A stretch of 64,000 bases of DNA from Alphaproteobacteria bacterium (GCA_965248835.1 CBDFLJ010000002.1:992001-1056000); one strand, 5' to 3'; numbered from the stretch's first letter, positions 51,210 through 61,626 are shown. Numbers and translations: made by a program. Notes: generated by a model from the letters alone, not told the origin.

Positions 51210-52115
51210 ATGGGCGCCGCGCTCCGGTCCGCCGGTCGGGCCGCCGCGGCGCTTTCCATCGTGGCGGCTGCGGCTGTGGTCTTGGGTGTGCGGCCCGCTT
51301 GCACCGATGAGATCGCGCGCGGGCGCTATCTGGTGGCGGCCGGCGGCTGCCTGGGCTGCCACACCGATCTCAAGGCCAAGGGTCCGCCCTATGCCGGCGG
51401 TGCGGCGCTGAAGACGCCGTTCGGCGATTTCTTCGCGCCCAACATCACGCCGCACCGCACCGACGGCATCGGCGCCTGGTCCGAGGCCGACTTTGCCCGG
51501 GCGATGCGCCGGGGGGTCGCGCCGGACGGGTCGCATTATTTCCCGGTCTTCCCCTATACGTCGTTCACCGGGGTCAGCGATGCCGATCTGGCGGCGATGT
51601 ATGGCTATCTGATATCTCTCGCGCCGGTCGACCGGGCGAACCGGCCTCACGCTCTGGGCTTCCCGTTCCGCTTGCGGTTCCTGCAGACTTTCTGGAAATG
51701 GCTGTTCTTCGAGTCCGGGCCGTTCCGCGCCGACCCGGCCCGGTCGGCCGGATGGAATCGCGGCGCCTATCTGGTGCGGGCACTCACCCATTGCGGCGAA
51801 TGCCACACGCCGCGCAACGCGCTGGGCGCGCTGGACCACGAATTGTGGCTTGCCGGCACGTCCGACGGGCCTGAGGGTGAGGCGACGCCGAACCTCACGC
51901 CCGACGACAAGACCGGGCTGGGCGGTTGGAGCGAAGACGATCTGGCGACCTATTTGACGATCGGCATGGACCCGGAAGGCGATTTCGCCGGCTCGCTGAT
52001 GGCCGATGTGATCGAGCACGGCACCGGCAAGCTCATCGAGGCCGATATCACGGCAATAATTGCGTACTTGCGCGCCTTGCCGCCGATCGAGAACAAGATC
52101 ACGCCCAAGAATTGA
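51210..52115 (+). CDS. Diheme cytochrome c (dehydrogenase cytochrome subunit-like)
   Basis: RGRYL..CLGCHT, PNITP..GIG.WS, RGAYL..CGECHTPR. Confidence 0.9.
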   Translation: MGAALRSAGRAAAALSIVAAAAVVLGVRPACTDEIARGRYLVAAGGCLGCHTDLKAKGPPYAGGAALKTPFGDFFAPNITPHRTDGIGAWSEADFARAMRRGVAPDGSHYFPVFPYTSFTGVSDADLAAMYGYLISLAPVDRANRPHALGFPFRLRFLQTFWKWLFFESGPFRADPARSAGWNRGAYLVRALTHCGECHTPRNALGALDHELWLAGTSDGPEGEATPNLTPDDKTGLGGWSEDDLATYLTIGMDPEGDFAGSLMADVIEHGTGKLIEADITAIIAYLRALPPIENKITPKN

Positions 52116-52206
52116 TGCCTGGCGGCCGCTGCCGTCGATTGCAACCCGCCATGGTTGGGTTTACCATCGATCCGGTGTGGCGTTGCCGGCCGGGTCGGGA
52201 AATACA

Positions 52207-54006
52207 GTGAACAGGCTCGTATTTTTGGGTGCCTTGGGAGCGGTTATCATTGCTGCCGCGTTGGGCATCGTATATCTGGACGAACGTCCCTCCGGCGGGG
52301 ACGGGCCGGCGCGGACCGGCGACGAAGCGCCGATTCGCCCGCTGGTGGACACCGAACGCCCGGACCCGACCCCCACAGGCGCGGCGCCGACCCGGACACA
52401 ACCGCGTCGGGCCGCACCGAATCGGCAAGCCGACACCCAGCCCGATCCGGTGCCGCAGCCCAAGCCCGCCGGCCGTCGTGCCGCGGTCGTCGATTCGGCT
52501 CCGAAGAGCCCGCCGACCCGGCTTGCCTTGCCAGCGCCCGCGGAGGCGAGCTCGGTGCCGCAGCCGAGGCCACCTGCCCGCCGTGCCGCAATTGCCGATC
52601 CGGCCCCGAATCGCCCGTCGGCACGGCCTGCTTCGCCCGCGTCCGCAGAGCCTGGTCCGGTGCCGCAGCGGAGACCCGCCGCCCGCCGCGCCACGAGCGC
52701 CGATTCGCCTTCGAATCGCCCGTCGGCACGGCTTGCCTCGCCCGCGCCCGTAGAGCCCGGTCCGGTGCCTCAGTCGAGACCACTCGCCCGCCGTGTCACG
52801 GTCGCCGAGCCGCCTCCGAAGCGCCCGCCGGCACGGCTCGCCTCGCCAGCGCCTGCAGGGTCCGGTTCGGTGCCGCAGCCGAAGCCGTCGGGCCGCCGCG
52901 CCGCGGTTGCCGATCCCCCCCCGAGTCGCCCACCGCCTCGCGTCGCCTCGCCGGCGCCTGCAGGGCCCGGCCCGAGCGCAACGGCAAGAGCGGCTGTCAA
53001 GCGTTCCGCCAAGCTCGCCGATCCCCCCGCACCTTCGCGTGAGCGCACGCCGAAAGTGCCGGTCGCGCCGCGGTTCGATATCGTGCGTGTCAACCCGGCC
53101 GGCGATGTCCTCGTCGCCGGGGTCGCCGCGCCGCATGCCGAGGTGGTGGTCTCCGACGGCGAGACCGAGCTTGGGCGCACCCGCGCCGACAAGCGGGGCG
53201 ACTGGGTGCTGCTGCCGAACGCGCCGCTCGCGCCGGGCCCTCACGAGCTGGCGCTCTACAGCCGGGACCGCGCCGACGAGAATGCACCCAGGGTCCAGTC
53301 CGAGCGCAAGGTCGTCCTGATTGTGCCGGAAGCGGGCAAAGACATCGCCGGGCGGCCGAGCCGCACGGAATCGGGCGCGCTCGCGCTCGCGGTCCCGCGT
53401 AGCGGCAGGGGAGGCAGCGTCGTCCTGCAGAAGCCCCAGGTTGGTCCATCGGAGGAGGAGCAGGAAGCGTCTGCCGCCGAACCGCCGCGGCCGTCAGATG
53501 TCGCGCCCGCCGCGGGCACGACCGCCGGCCCCGCTGACCCGGGAGCATCGGCGCTGAGGCTCGATACCGTCGACTACGACGAACAGGGCGAGGTGGAAAT
53601 CAGCGGCCGGGCGAGCGATGGGGCACGGGTCCAGCTCTATCTGGACAACGAGCCCGTCGGGCATGCCAAGGCCGGCGAAGACGGCCAATGGCGGCTCGCT
53701 CCGGAGGAGGCAGTCAAGCCCGGCGACTACCGCCTGCGTGTCGACCAGATGGATCGTGAAGGCGCGGTGGTCGCGCGCATCGAATTGCCTTTCTCGCGGG
53801 CCGGTCCGCTCGGCGATCTGCCGCGCGGACCGGTGGTCGTCGTCCAGCCCGGCAACAGCCTGTGGCGGATCGCCAAAAGGGTCTATGGCCGCGGAATCCG
53901 GTTCACGGTGATCTACCAGGCGAACCGGCGGCAGATCCGCGATCCCCACTTGATCTATCCGGGCCAGATCTTCGTGCTTCCGAGTCCGGCCCGCCGCGCC
54001 GGCTAG
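52207..54006 (+). CDS. Membrane-anchored LysM protein with Ig-like domains and Pro-rich repeats
   Basis: N-terminal TM segment, PRFDIVRV, LDTVDYD, VQPGNSLWRIA..IYQAN..IRDPHLIYPGQ. Confidence 0.9.
   Translation: MNRLVFLGALGAVIIAAALGIVYLDERPSGGDGPARTGDEAPIRPLVDTERPDPTPTGAAPTRTQPRRAAPNRQADTQPDPVPQPKPAGRRAAVVDSAPKSPPTRLALPAPAEASSVPQPRPPARRAAIADPAPNRPSARPASPASAEPGPVPQRRPAARRATSADSPSNRPSARLASPAPVEPGPVPQSRPLARRVTVAEPPPKRPPARLASPAPAGSGSVPQPKPSGRRAAVADPPPSRPPPRVASPAPAGPGPSATARAAVKRSAKLADPPAPSRERTPKVPVAPRFDIVRVNPAGDVLVAGVAAPHAEVVVSDGETELGRTRADKRGDWVLLPNAPLAPGPHELALYSRDRADENAPRVQSERKVVLIVPEAGKDIAGRPSRTESGALALAVPRSGRGGSVVLQKPQVGPSEEEQEASAAEPPRPSDVAPAAGTTAGPADPGASALRLDTVDYDEQGEVEISGRASDGARVQLYLDNEPVGHAKAGEDGQWRLAPEEAVKPGDYRLRVDQMDREGAVVARIELPFSRAGPLGDLPRGPVVVVQPGNSLWRIAKRVYGRGIRFTVIYQANRRQIRDPHLIYPGQIFVLPSPARRAG
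52450..52974 (+). repeat. Five degenerate 105-bp (35-aa) coding tandem repeats
   Basis: VPQ codons start at 52450, 52555, 52660, 52765 and 52870. Confidence 0.9.
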
Positions 54007-54076
54007 CGCATTGTCCCCTCGGGTCGGTCCGATCGGAACAGGCTCCATAACGCCGGATAACCCTCGGGCACGGGGA

Positions 54077-55642
54077 TCATGACCGAGCCTCGATCCACAT
54101 CTCCCGCAGGACCTCGCGCCGGATCTTGCCGCGGTCCGACTTCGGCAGAGCGTCGACCAGGAAGACGGCCTTGGGCTGCTTGAACGCCGGCAGGCTGGGC
54201 GCGCAATGGTCCTGGACCGAAGCGAGCGTGACCTCGCGCATGGGCTTGGCAACGACGAAACACACCACTTCCTCGCCGTAGATCGGGTCCGGGACGCCCA
54301 CCGATGCCGCTTCGGCGATGTCGTCGTGGCGCATCAGGACGTGGTCGATCTCCAGCGGCGCGATGTTGACACCGCCGCGAATAATCAGGTCCTTCGTTCG
54401 CCCGGTGACCCGGACGAAGCCTTGCTCGTCCACGACCGCCAAATCACCGGTGCTGATCCGAACATCGGCGAGATCCTCCCATTCGCCCTCGGGCGAAATG
54501 GTCGCGATGCAGGTCTGCGGCCCGCCCACCGTGACCTCGCCCTCGGTGCCCGGCGGGCAGGGATCGCCGTTGCCGTCGACGATGACTAGCTCCTGGTGCT
54601 TGGCCGGCGGTCCGACCGTGCCCATCTTCCGGCGGTAATGGCGGTTGCCGCAGATCCAGCCGGCCTCGGACATGCCGTAGAGCTGCAGCAGGGTGACACC
54701 GTACATCTGCTCGAACCTGCGCCACTGATCCGGGCTCAGCGGGGCGGTCGAGCAGGTCATCAGGCGCAGCGTGGGCACGTCCTCGGCAGTGATGCCGACC
54801 GGCTCGTTGAGCAGCATGTTGACAACCGTCGGCACGCCGGCGGCAAAGGTGATGCCGTGATCGCGGATCCAGTCGAAGAACCGGCCGTAGGAGAACCGGC
54901 GCGCGATATGGAGGCTGAGCCCGGTCTGAAGCCACGGCATCAGGCTCAGGATCTGGGCCGAGTTCCATCCGAAGGAGCGGTATTCGAGCGTCCGGTCTTC
55001 GGCGGTCAGCCCCAGCATGTCGAGCGTCGACAACCCGCTCAGCCAGTAGGACAGATGGTTGAAGACCACGCATTTGGGCTTGGAGGTCGTCCCCGAGGTG
55101 CAGAAGATCGCCGCGATATCGGCGCCGCCGTAGCGCGCGCCGGCGACCGGGGCGGCATCCGCCGCGCGGAGAAGCTGGAACAGCTCGTTCTCATCACCGC
55201 CGCCGGCGTCCCAGCGAGCGAACCGGAGCCTGTCCCCTGCCACCCCGGTGGTCAGTGCCGGCCCGTCGAGCTCCTCGCTCCAAAACGTCAACTTGGGCTT
55301 GACATGCCCCAGGATCTCGCTGACATAGGCCGCGTTCATCTCGACGTTGAGCGGGCAGACCACCGCGCCAAGCCGCCAGATGCCCATCCATAGGATCAGC
55401 TTCTCCAGGCATTCCTCCGACAGAAGCGCGACCCGGTCGCCAGCGCCGATCCCGCGGTCGGCGAGGAAGCGTGCGATGCGGTTCGCTTCATCGCGCAGCC
55501 GGCGGTAATCGATCGACCGGCCCCCGTCGAGGTCGACAATTGCAGTCTTGTCCGGGTGCCGTTCGGCATACCTGTCGAGCAATGCCGCCACCGGCTCGAA
55601 GGGCAGGGCGAGGTCGTGTTCACGGGTTCCGCGCACCGTCAT
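54077..55642 (-). CDS. AMP-forming acyl-CoA synthetase family protein
   Basis: TSGTTSKPK, YGMSE, TGDL, GRTKDLIIRGG, LPK..GKI. Confidence 0.92.
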   Translation of the reverse strand: MTVRGTREHDLALPFEPVAALLDRYAERHPDKTAIVDLDGGRSIDYRRLRDEANRIARFLADRGIGAGDRVALLSEECLEKLILWMGIWRLGAVVCPLNVEMNAAYVSEILGHVKPKLTFWSEELDGPALTTGVAGDRLRFARWDAGGGDENELFQLLRAADAAPVAGARYGGADIAAIFCTSGTTSKPKCVVFNHLSYWLSGLSTLDMLGLTAEDRTLEYRSFGWNSAQILSLMPWLQTGLSLHIARRFSYGRFFDWIRDHGITFAAGVPTVVNMLLNEPVGITAEDVPTLRLMTCSTAPLSPDQWRRFEQMYGVTLLQLYGMSEAGWICGNRHYRRKMGTVGPPAKHQELVIVDGNGDPCPPGTEGEVTVGGPQTCIATISPEGEWEDLADVRISTGDLAVVDEQGFVRVTGRTKDLIIRGGVNIAPLEIDHVLMRHDDIAEAASVGVPDPIYGEEVVCFVVAKPMREVTLASVQDHCAPSLPAFKQPKAVFLVDALPKSDRGKIRREVLREMWIEARS

Positions 55643-55705
55643 CGGGCCTCCTTCCGAGGGATCTGTCCACTGGCGCGGCGATTGTTTTGCCGGTTGGGCC
55701 GCACG

Positions 55706-56617
55706 TCAAGCCGCGGCCAGGGCGACAGCGACCTCGCCGGCAAGGGCGGCGTTGTTCTCCAGCAGGGCCGCGTTGGCCTTCAGCGATTCACCGTCGGTGA
55801 TCTCCGCAAGGCGGTCGAGCAGGAAGGGCGTCAGTGCCTTGCCGCCGATCCTCGACCGCGCGGCTTCGGCCAGCGCGGTCTCGATTGCGGCCTCGATCCG
55901 GTCGCCGGCGAGGGCATGCTCGGGCGGGATGGGATTGGCGATGACGATCCCGCTTTCCAGCCCAAGCGCGCGCTGAGCCGCGATCAGCCGCGCAATCGCC
56001 TGCGCATCGTCGAGGCGGTGCGGCACCGCGATGCCGCTGTCCGGGACATGGAACGCCGGCAGGACGTCGGTCCGGTAGCCGACGACCGGCACGCCCTTGG
56101 TCTCCAGATATTCCATGGTGCGCGGCAGATCGAGGATCGACTTGGCGCCGGCGCAGACCACCGCGAGCCGAGTCCGGCCGAGCTCCTCGAGGTCGGCGGA
56201 GACGTCCAGAGTCTGTGCCATGCCGCGGTGGACGCCGCCGATGCCGCCAGTCGCGAACACCGCGATGCCGGCGCGCGCCGCGCAGATCATCGTCGCTGCG
56301 ACGGTGGTTGCACCGTCCCGGCCGGTCGCCGCCGCAAACGCGAGATCGCGGCGGCTGACCTTCATGACCGTCCCGCCGGTGGCCAGCCGCTCGACGTCGC
56401 CCTGGCAGAGCCCGACGATGATCTTCCCATCGATCAGGCCGATGAAAGCCGGCAGCGCACCGGCCGTGCGTACCGCCCGGTCGATCGCGCGCGCGACCTC
56501 CAGGTTCGCCGGCCGCGGAAAGCCGTGGGCGATCGCCGTCGTCTCGAGCGCCACAACCGGCGCGCCGGCAGCGACCGCTTCTTCGACGGCAGGCGCAATC
56601 GAAAACAACCCGTCCAT
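55706..56617 (-). CDS. psuG: Pseudouridine-5'-phosphate glycosidase
   Basis: VVALETT..HG, KVSRRD, FATGGIGGVHRG, DVSADL, GAKSILD, TPFLL. Confidence 0.95.
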   Translation of the reverse strand: MDGLFSIAPAVEEAVAAGAPVVALETTAIAHGFPRPANLEVARAIDRAVRTAGALPAFIGLIDGKIIVGLCQGDVERLATGGTVMKVSRRDLAFAAATGRDGATTVAATMICAARAGIAVFATGGIGGVHRGMAQTLDVSADLEELGRTRLAVVCAGAKSILDLPRTMEYLETKGVPVVGYRTDVLPAFHVPDSGIAVPHRLDDAQAIARLIAAQRALGLESGIVIANPIPPEHALAGDRIEAAIETALAEAARSRIGGKALTPFLLDRLAEITDGESLKANAALLENNAALAGEVAVALAAA

Positions 56618-56688
56618 GCGGGCAGACTAATCGATTGTCCACGCAATGAGAATCGGCGGCCGCGGGTGGCGAACCGGATTCGGTCCGA

Positions 56689-57333
56689 TCAGTTCCTGAC
56701 GATGCTGCCGCGCTCGATGACGAAGACTTCGTCGAGCAGGGGCGCGATGTGAACATCGTTCGATTCGGCCACCAGCACCGATTCGCCTTCTTCCTTGAGG
56801 TTGCCGAGAATCTCGACCATGCGGTGGGCGAAGATCGGCGCGATCCCTTCGCTCGGCTCGTCGAGCAGCAACAGCTTGGTGCCCGCCATCAGGGCGCGCG
56901 CGAAGGCGACGAACTTCTGCTGACCGCCGGAAAGCTCGGTTGCACCGCGCGCGCGGAACTCCGCGACCTCCGGCATCAGCCCGTAAATCCATTCGAGCCG
57001 TGTCTGGGCGCTCGGATTGCGGGTCGACCAGACCGGCAGCAGGATGTTCTCCTCGGCCGTCAGTGCCGGAACCAGCCTGCGGTCCTCGGGCATGAACCCG
57101 ATCCCCATATGGGCGCGGCGGTGGGCCTGGGTCGCGGTCAGGTCGGTCTCTTCGAATGCGATCTTTCCGCGCTTGGCTGGCAGCGCGCCCATGACCGCAC
57201 GCATGAATGTCGTCTTGCCGGCGCCGTTGCGGCCGATCAGCCCGCACATCGAGCCGGCCGGTACGCTCAATTGGATGCCGCGCAGGATCGGCGTTGCACC
57301 GATGCTGACATCGAGTTCGGTGACGGTCAGCAT
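56689..57333 (-). CDS. Branched-chain-type (HAAT) ABC ATPase, LivF-like
   Basis: GRNGAGKTT, PEDRRL, LSGGQQ, LDEP. Confidence 0.9.
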   Translation of the reverse strand: MLTVTELDVSIGATPILRGIQLSVPAGSMCGLIGRNGAGKTTFMRAVMGALPAKRGKIAFEETDLTATQAHRRAHMGIGFMPEDRRLVPALTAEENILLPVWSTRNPSAQTRLEWIYGLMPEVAEFRARGATELSGGQQKFVAFARALMAGTKLLLLDEPSEGIAPIFAHRMVEILGNLKEEGESVLVAESNDVHIAPLLDEVFVIERGSIVRN

Positions 57334-58124
57334 TGGTTCGTTGCCTCCTGCCCGGAGCCGTCGCTGCGCGCGCGGTGGTACTCCTTGCCGATCACGTATT
57401 GCTGCACGCCCTCGTCGCGCATGGCTTGCGCGGTCGGTGCGTCGCAGATGATCTCGCCCTGGTAGAACGCCAGCACCCGCGCCACGTAGCGTTCGACGAT
57501 CTCCATGTCATGCTCGATGAACAGCACCGTGCAGTCTTCCTGCTTCAGCGCCTCCATCAGGATGTCCATGATGCCGAACTTCTCCTCGGCGCTGATGCCG
57601 CTGGTCGGCTCGTCGAGCATCACGAGCTTGGGTTTGCGCACTGTCGCCATCGCGATGTCGAGCAGCTTGCGGATGCCCTGCGGCAGGGCCGAGCCGACGA
57701 CGTCGCGGTAATCGGAAATCTGATAGCGCACCAGATGGGCGTCGACGCGCGCCGCGCGCTCTTCGACCTGCAGGGGCTTCAGCAGGCCGAACCCGTCCTG
57801 CTCGGCGATGCCGTAAGCGATCATCATGTTGTCGAAGACGGATTCGGACAGGAAGACCTGCGGCACCTGAAACGAACGGGACAGCCCGAGTCGGGTGATC
57901 GCGCGCACCGACAGCCCGCGGATGTTGCGGCCCACGAACTCCACCGTCCCCGCGCTCGGCGGCAGGTAGCCGGTGACCATGTTGATGAAGGTGGTCTTGC
58001 CGGCCCCGTTGGCGCCGATGATGCCGATGGTCTCGCCTTCCTCGACGACGACGTTGATGTTGTGCGCGGCAACGACCGCGCCGAACGACTTTTCCAGATC
58101 GTGAACTTCCAGGACGACCGACAT
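57327..58124 (-). CDS. HAAT ABC ATPase, LivG-like
   Basis: GANGAGKTT, RSFQ, LDEPTSG, IEHDM. Confidence 0.9.
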   Translation of the reverse strand: MSVVLEVHDLEKSFGAVVAAHNINVVVEEGETIGIIGANGAGKTTFINMVTGYLPPSAGTVEFVGRNIRGLSVRAITRLGLSRSFQVPQVFLSESVFDNMMIAYGIAEQDGFGLLKPLQVEERAARVDAHLVRYQISDYRDVVGSALPQGIRKLLDIAMATVRKPKLVMLDEPTSGISAEEKFGIMDILMEALKQEDCTVLFIEHDMEIVERYVARVLAFYQGEIICDAPTAQAMRDEGVQQYVIGKEYHRARSDGSGQEATNQC

Positions 58125-58130
58125 CGCGGG

Positions 58131-59135
58131 CTACGCCTTTTCCTTTTCCGCCTGAATGGAAGGTGCCGCCTTTGCCTTCGTCTTCGCGGCGCCTCTGGCC
58201 CGCCTCCGGTCGACCAGCGACCACAGCCCGTTGGGCAGGAACATGATGATCAGCAGCAGGGTCCCGCCCATGATGAGCTGCCAGATCCCCGGGAACTGGT
58301 CGAAGGCGTAGGTCCGGATGAGCTCGTAGATCAGCGCGCCGATGAACGGTGCGCTGACGTTGCCGGTCCCGCTGAGGATCGCGATGAACACGAAATCGCC
58401 CGAGATCGGCCAGTAGACCATCGAATCGGGATCGACATGGCCGATCGTCAGCGCGGCGATCGCCCCGCCGAAACCGCCGACGAGGCCGGAAATCGTGTAC
58501 TTGACATGGATTGCCCGCTCCGCGGAATAGCCGAGATATTCGAGTCGGATCTCGTTCTCGCGCACCGCGGTGGTCAGGGTGCCCAGTGTCGAGCGTAGAT
58601 AGAGGTGGACGAGGACGGCGACGATCCACGACAGGACGGCGGCGCACACGAACAGCGCCGTCTTGTTCTCTGCCCCGAGCGGCGCGTACCAGAGATAGGT
58701 CGTCGCCTCAAGGCTGATCCCGTCGGTCGAGCCCAGGTCCTCGATCTTTGCCAGCACGCCGTAGAGGATCATCGAAAAAGCAAGGTTCAGCAGCGCGAAA
58801 TAAATGCCGCGGTACTGCCGCAGCAGGAAGCCCAGGATGTAGGCGAACAGGCCGGCCATCACGACGCCGCAGGCAATCGTCAGGAACGCATCGGTGATGC
58901 CGAGATACTTGACGATCAGGGCGACCGTATAGGCCCCGAAGCCGAAGAACAGCGCATGGCCGAAGGAGATCAGCCCGCACCGCCAGAGCACCAGCAGGCC
59001 CAGCGCCACCGCCCCCCGCGCGAGCGAGAGGGTGAGGATGGTGCGGAACCAATCCGGGACCAGGAAGTTGAGCACCAGCAGGACGATGAAGCCGATCGTC
59101 AGCCCCCACAGCGTCCTATCCATGTTGGCGGTCAT
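58131..59135 (-). CDS. HAAT ABC permease, LivM-like
   Basis: GLISFGHALFFG.GAY, GIYFALL.LAF, RENE.R. Confidence 0.9.
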   Translation of the reverse strand: MTANMDRTLWGLTIGFIVLLVLNFLVPDWFRTILTLSLARGAVALGLLVLWRCGLISFGHALFFGFGAYTVALIVKYLGITDAFLTIACGVVMAGLFAYILGFLLRQYRGIYFALLNLAFSMILYGVLAKIEDLGSTDGISLEATTYLWYAPLGAENKTALFVCAAVLSWIVAVLVHLYLRSTLGTLTTAVRENEIRLEYLGYSAERAIHVKYTISGLVGGFGGAIAALTIGHVDPDSMVYWPISGDFVFIAILSGTGNVSAPFIGALIYELIRTYAFDQFPGIWQLIMGGTLLLIIMFLPNGLWSLVDRRRARGAAKTKAKAAPSIQAEKEKA

Positions 59136-60034
59136 ATCTTTCTTGCCTTCGTCGGGGCGAACAGCCCTTGCGGCCTGATGATCAGGACGATCGCCATGAT
59201 CATGTAGATGACGAACAGCTCCAGGACCGGCTGCTGGTGGACGGCGAATGCGCGCGCGATGCCGACCACGAGCGAGCCGATCAACGCGCCGGGAATGCTG
59301 CCCATCCCGCCGATCACGACGACGGCGAAGGCGAGCACGATGACCTCGACGCCGATCCCCGGCTGGACGGAGATCGCCGGCGCCTGGTAGGCGCCGCCGA
59401 GCGCGCCGAGGAACGAGCCAACCATGAACGTGACCAGGAAGACCATGGTCACGTTGATCCCCATCGATTGCGCGAGCTCGCGGTCGAAGATCACCGCAAG
59501 CAGCATCTTGCCGAACGTCGTCCGGTTGAGCCCGTACCACAGGATCCAGCCGACGACCGCCGAGAGCAGGATCATCGACAGGCTGTAATTATCGAAGGGA
59601 AGCTGGGCGATTTCGGTCTGGCCCAGCAACGCCAGAGGCTCCGCGGCGATATAGGGTTCGGTGCCCCAGATCAGCAGCAGCACGTCTTCGAGCGCCAGGA
59701 AGGCGGCGAATGTCGCCAGCACGACGATGTGCTCATCCTCGTGATAGAGGTGCTTCAGCAGGCCGCGCTCGATGATGATGCCGAACAGGATGCCGAGGAA
59801 AATCGCTGAGATCAGCATGATCGCAAACGCGCCGAACTGCGGCAATTCGGCCTCGTTGTAGACGATCAGCAGCGTCGCCGTCAGATAGGCGCCGAAGGCA
59901 TAAAGCGAGCCGTGGGTGACGTTCAGGATCTTCTGGACGCCGCAAATGACGGTAAGACCGACCGAGACCATGAACAGGTAGGAGGCGTAGACAAGTCCGT
60001 CGATCAGGATGATCAGTAAGAGCTGGAAATCCAA
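59132..60034 (-). CDS. HAAT ABC permease, LivH-like (TTG start)
   Basis: GLTVI.G..ILNVTHG, AFAVVVIGGMGS..G. Confidence 0.9.
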   Translation of the reverse strand: MDFQLLLIILIDGLVYASYLFMVSVGLTVICGVQKILNVTHGSLYAFGAYLTATLLIVYNEAELPQFGAFAIMLISAIFLGILFGIIIERGLLKHLYHEDEHIVVLATFAAFLALEDVLLLIWGTEPYIAAEPLALLGQTEIAQLPFDNYSLSMILLSAVVGWILWYGLNRTTFGKMLLAVIFDRELAQSMGINVTMVFLVTFMVGSFLGALGGAYQAPAISVQPGIGVEVIVLAFAVVVIGGMGSIPGALIGSLVVGIARAFAVHQQPVLELFVIYMIMAIVLIIRPQGLFAPTKARKI

Positions 60035-60107
60035 CGGTGCTCCCCCCCGCGTGGCTGAAAAACGACGGTTACGTTGATCGGAACGTTGATCGGAACCATG
60101 TGAAGGC

Positions 60108-60141
60108 CGACCCGGGCGCCCGCATGAAGGCGCCCGGGTCG
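60108..60141. terminator. 13-bp stem-loop between the SBP and permease genes (mRNA stabiliser or attenuator)
   Basis: CGACCCGGGCGCC-N8-GGCGCCCGGGTCG. Confidence 0.65.
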
Positions 60142-60173
60142 TTTGGTGCTAGGATACTACCGCATCCTGGCGA

Positions 60174-61499
60174 TCAGTCGCACTTGGCGCCCTGCATGCC
60201 GCCCTCGAGCCAGGCAACGGACTTGACGCCGTCAGGCGGCATCACGCATTCGCCCTTGAAGATGACGACATCCTTGACCACCATCTCGCCCTTGGCTTCG
60301 TCCCAGGCCGTGACGCCCCAGCGGTCCTCGGTCACCGCTTGGTGGCCCTTGCTGAGCGCCAACTTCACCTCGCCGGACAGGGACGTGTACGTCGCGCCTT
60401 CCAGCGCGGCGATCACCTGTTCGGTCGAGGGGAACTTGCCGCCATTGGCCTTCATCGCCTTGTCGTAGGCGTATTTGGCGCCGAGGATTCCCTGCGAGAA
60501 CTGGTAGCCCGGCTGGGAGGGCTGCTCCTTGTAGGTTTCGCGGTAGTTCTTCTGGAACCAGTTGTTGAGCGGGGTGTCGATACTCACGGCGTACATCCCG
60601 TACGGCCCCCGCGTCCCGACGAGCTGCCCTTCCGGGAACTTCCTTCCTAGCCGGTAGGCGACCGTCTCGCCGACCGTCAGGATGAACAGCTTGCGCTCGA
60701 ACAGACCGCGCGCGTTGGCCTGGGCGATGAACGCCTCCAGATCGCCGCCCCAAAAGCTCGAATGCACGACTTTCTGCTTGGCGCGCAGCAGGGCGGAAAT
60801 CTCGGACCCGTACTGGCCGGAGAACAGCTTGGGGAACTGCTGCTTGCGGGCCGGTTTGATGTCCGGCGCCAGGACCTTCATGGCGAGATTGAAGTCGCGC
60901 CAGGAATCCTGTCCCCAGGCGTAGTTCTGATTGAGCCCGATATAGCCGTCCTTGGCCCTGTCCTTGAGCTTCATGGCGACGTAGCGCGCCGCGCCGGTGT
61001 TGTTGCCGGTGCCGTGGCTCATGGTGCGGAACAGGTATTTCGGGTTCGGCACGAGCTCTTCGAAGACCCGCGGCGTGCCGCAGACTGTGAGTATGGTGAG
61101 GACCTTGACCTCTTCGGCGATCCGGGCGACCGCCGCGCAGGTGCCCGACGAAATATAGCCGACCACCAGGTCGACGTCTTCCTTCTGGGCCTTGTTGCGC
61201 AGCTCGGTGACCTGCTTGGTGCCGCCGCCGGCCTCGTCGTAGATCAACAGCTCGATCTTGCGCCCGGCCAATCCGACGCTGTTATAAGGGGCGGGCAGCT
61301 CGCCGTTGTTGATCGCGCGGACGATCAGCTCTACGCCCTTCTTGGCCGGGATCCCGAAGGCCGGCGCGCCGGCGCCGGTAAGGAAAGTCGGCACAGCCAT
61401 CTTGACGGTCTGGGCCGATGCGGTGCCCGCTGCGAGGACCAGGGCGGCCGTCGCCGCCGCGGCAACGCGGATCGGCTTCGCGCCGAAAATTGGATTCAT
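60174..61499 (-). CDS. HAAT ABC substrate-binding protein
   Basis: Signal peptide, GYISSG, YLFRT, NYAWGQDSW; GGAGG RBS. Confidence 0.9.
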   Translation of the reverse strand: MNPIFGAKPIRVAAAATAALVLAAGTASAQTVKMAVPTFLTGAGAPAFGIPAKKGVELIVRAINNGELPAPYNSVGLAGRKIELLIYDEAGGGTKQVTELRNKAQKEDVDLVVGYISSGTCAAVARIAEEVKVLTILTVCGTPRVFEELVPNPKYLFRTMSHGTGNNTGAARYVAMKLKDRAKDGYIGLNQNYAWGQDSWRDFNLAMKVLAPDIKPARKQQFPKLFSGQYGSEISALLRAKQKVVHSSFWGGDLEAFIAQANARGLFERKLFILTVGETVAYRLGRKFPEGQLVGTRGPYGMYAVSIDTPLNNWFQKNYRETYKEQPSQPGYQFSQGILGAKYAYDKAMKANGGKFPSTEQVIAALEGATYTSLSGEVKLALSKGHQAVTEDRWGVTAWDEAKGEMVVKDVVIFKGECVMPPDGVKSVAWLEGGMQGAKCD

Positions 61500-61626
61500 C
61501 AGAACCTCCCAACACGTTCATTGCCACGGCCGGTCAGGCCGTGGGGTGAGCGGATCGTAAGCGATTATCAAGGCTTTGGCACCAGTAATTTTGTCGCAGC
61601 CCGGATGATCGAAGGCTCCGGCGGTT

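Noticed and set aside
52450-52974. CRISPR array
   Set aside because: Units are degenerate along their whole length, in frame within a CDS, with no repeat/spacer structure and no cas genes.
61576-61595. Sigma-54 promoter (TTGGCAC)
   Set aside because: No TTGC at the required -12 spacing, and it faces away from the local minus-strand genes.
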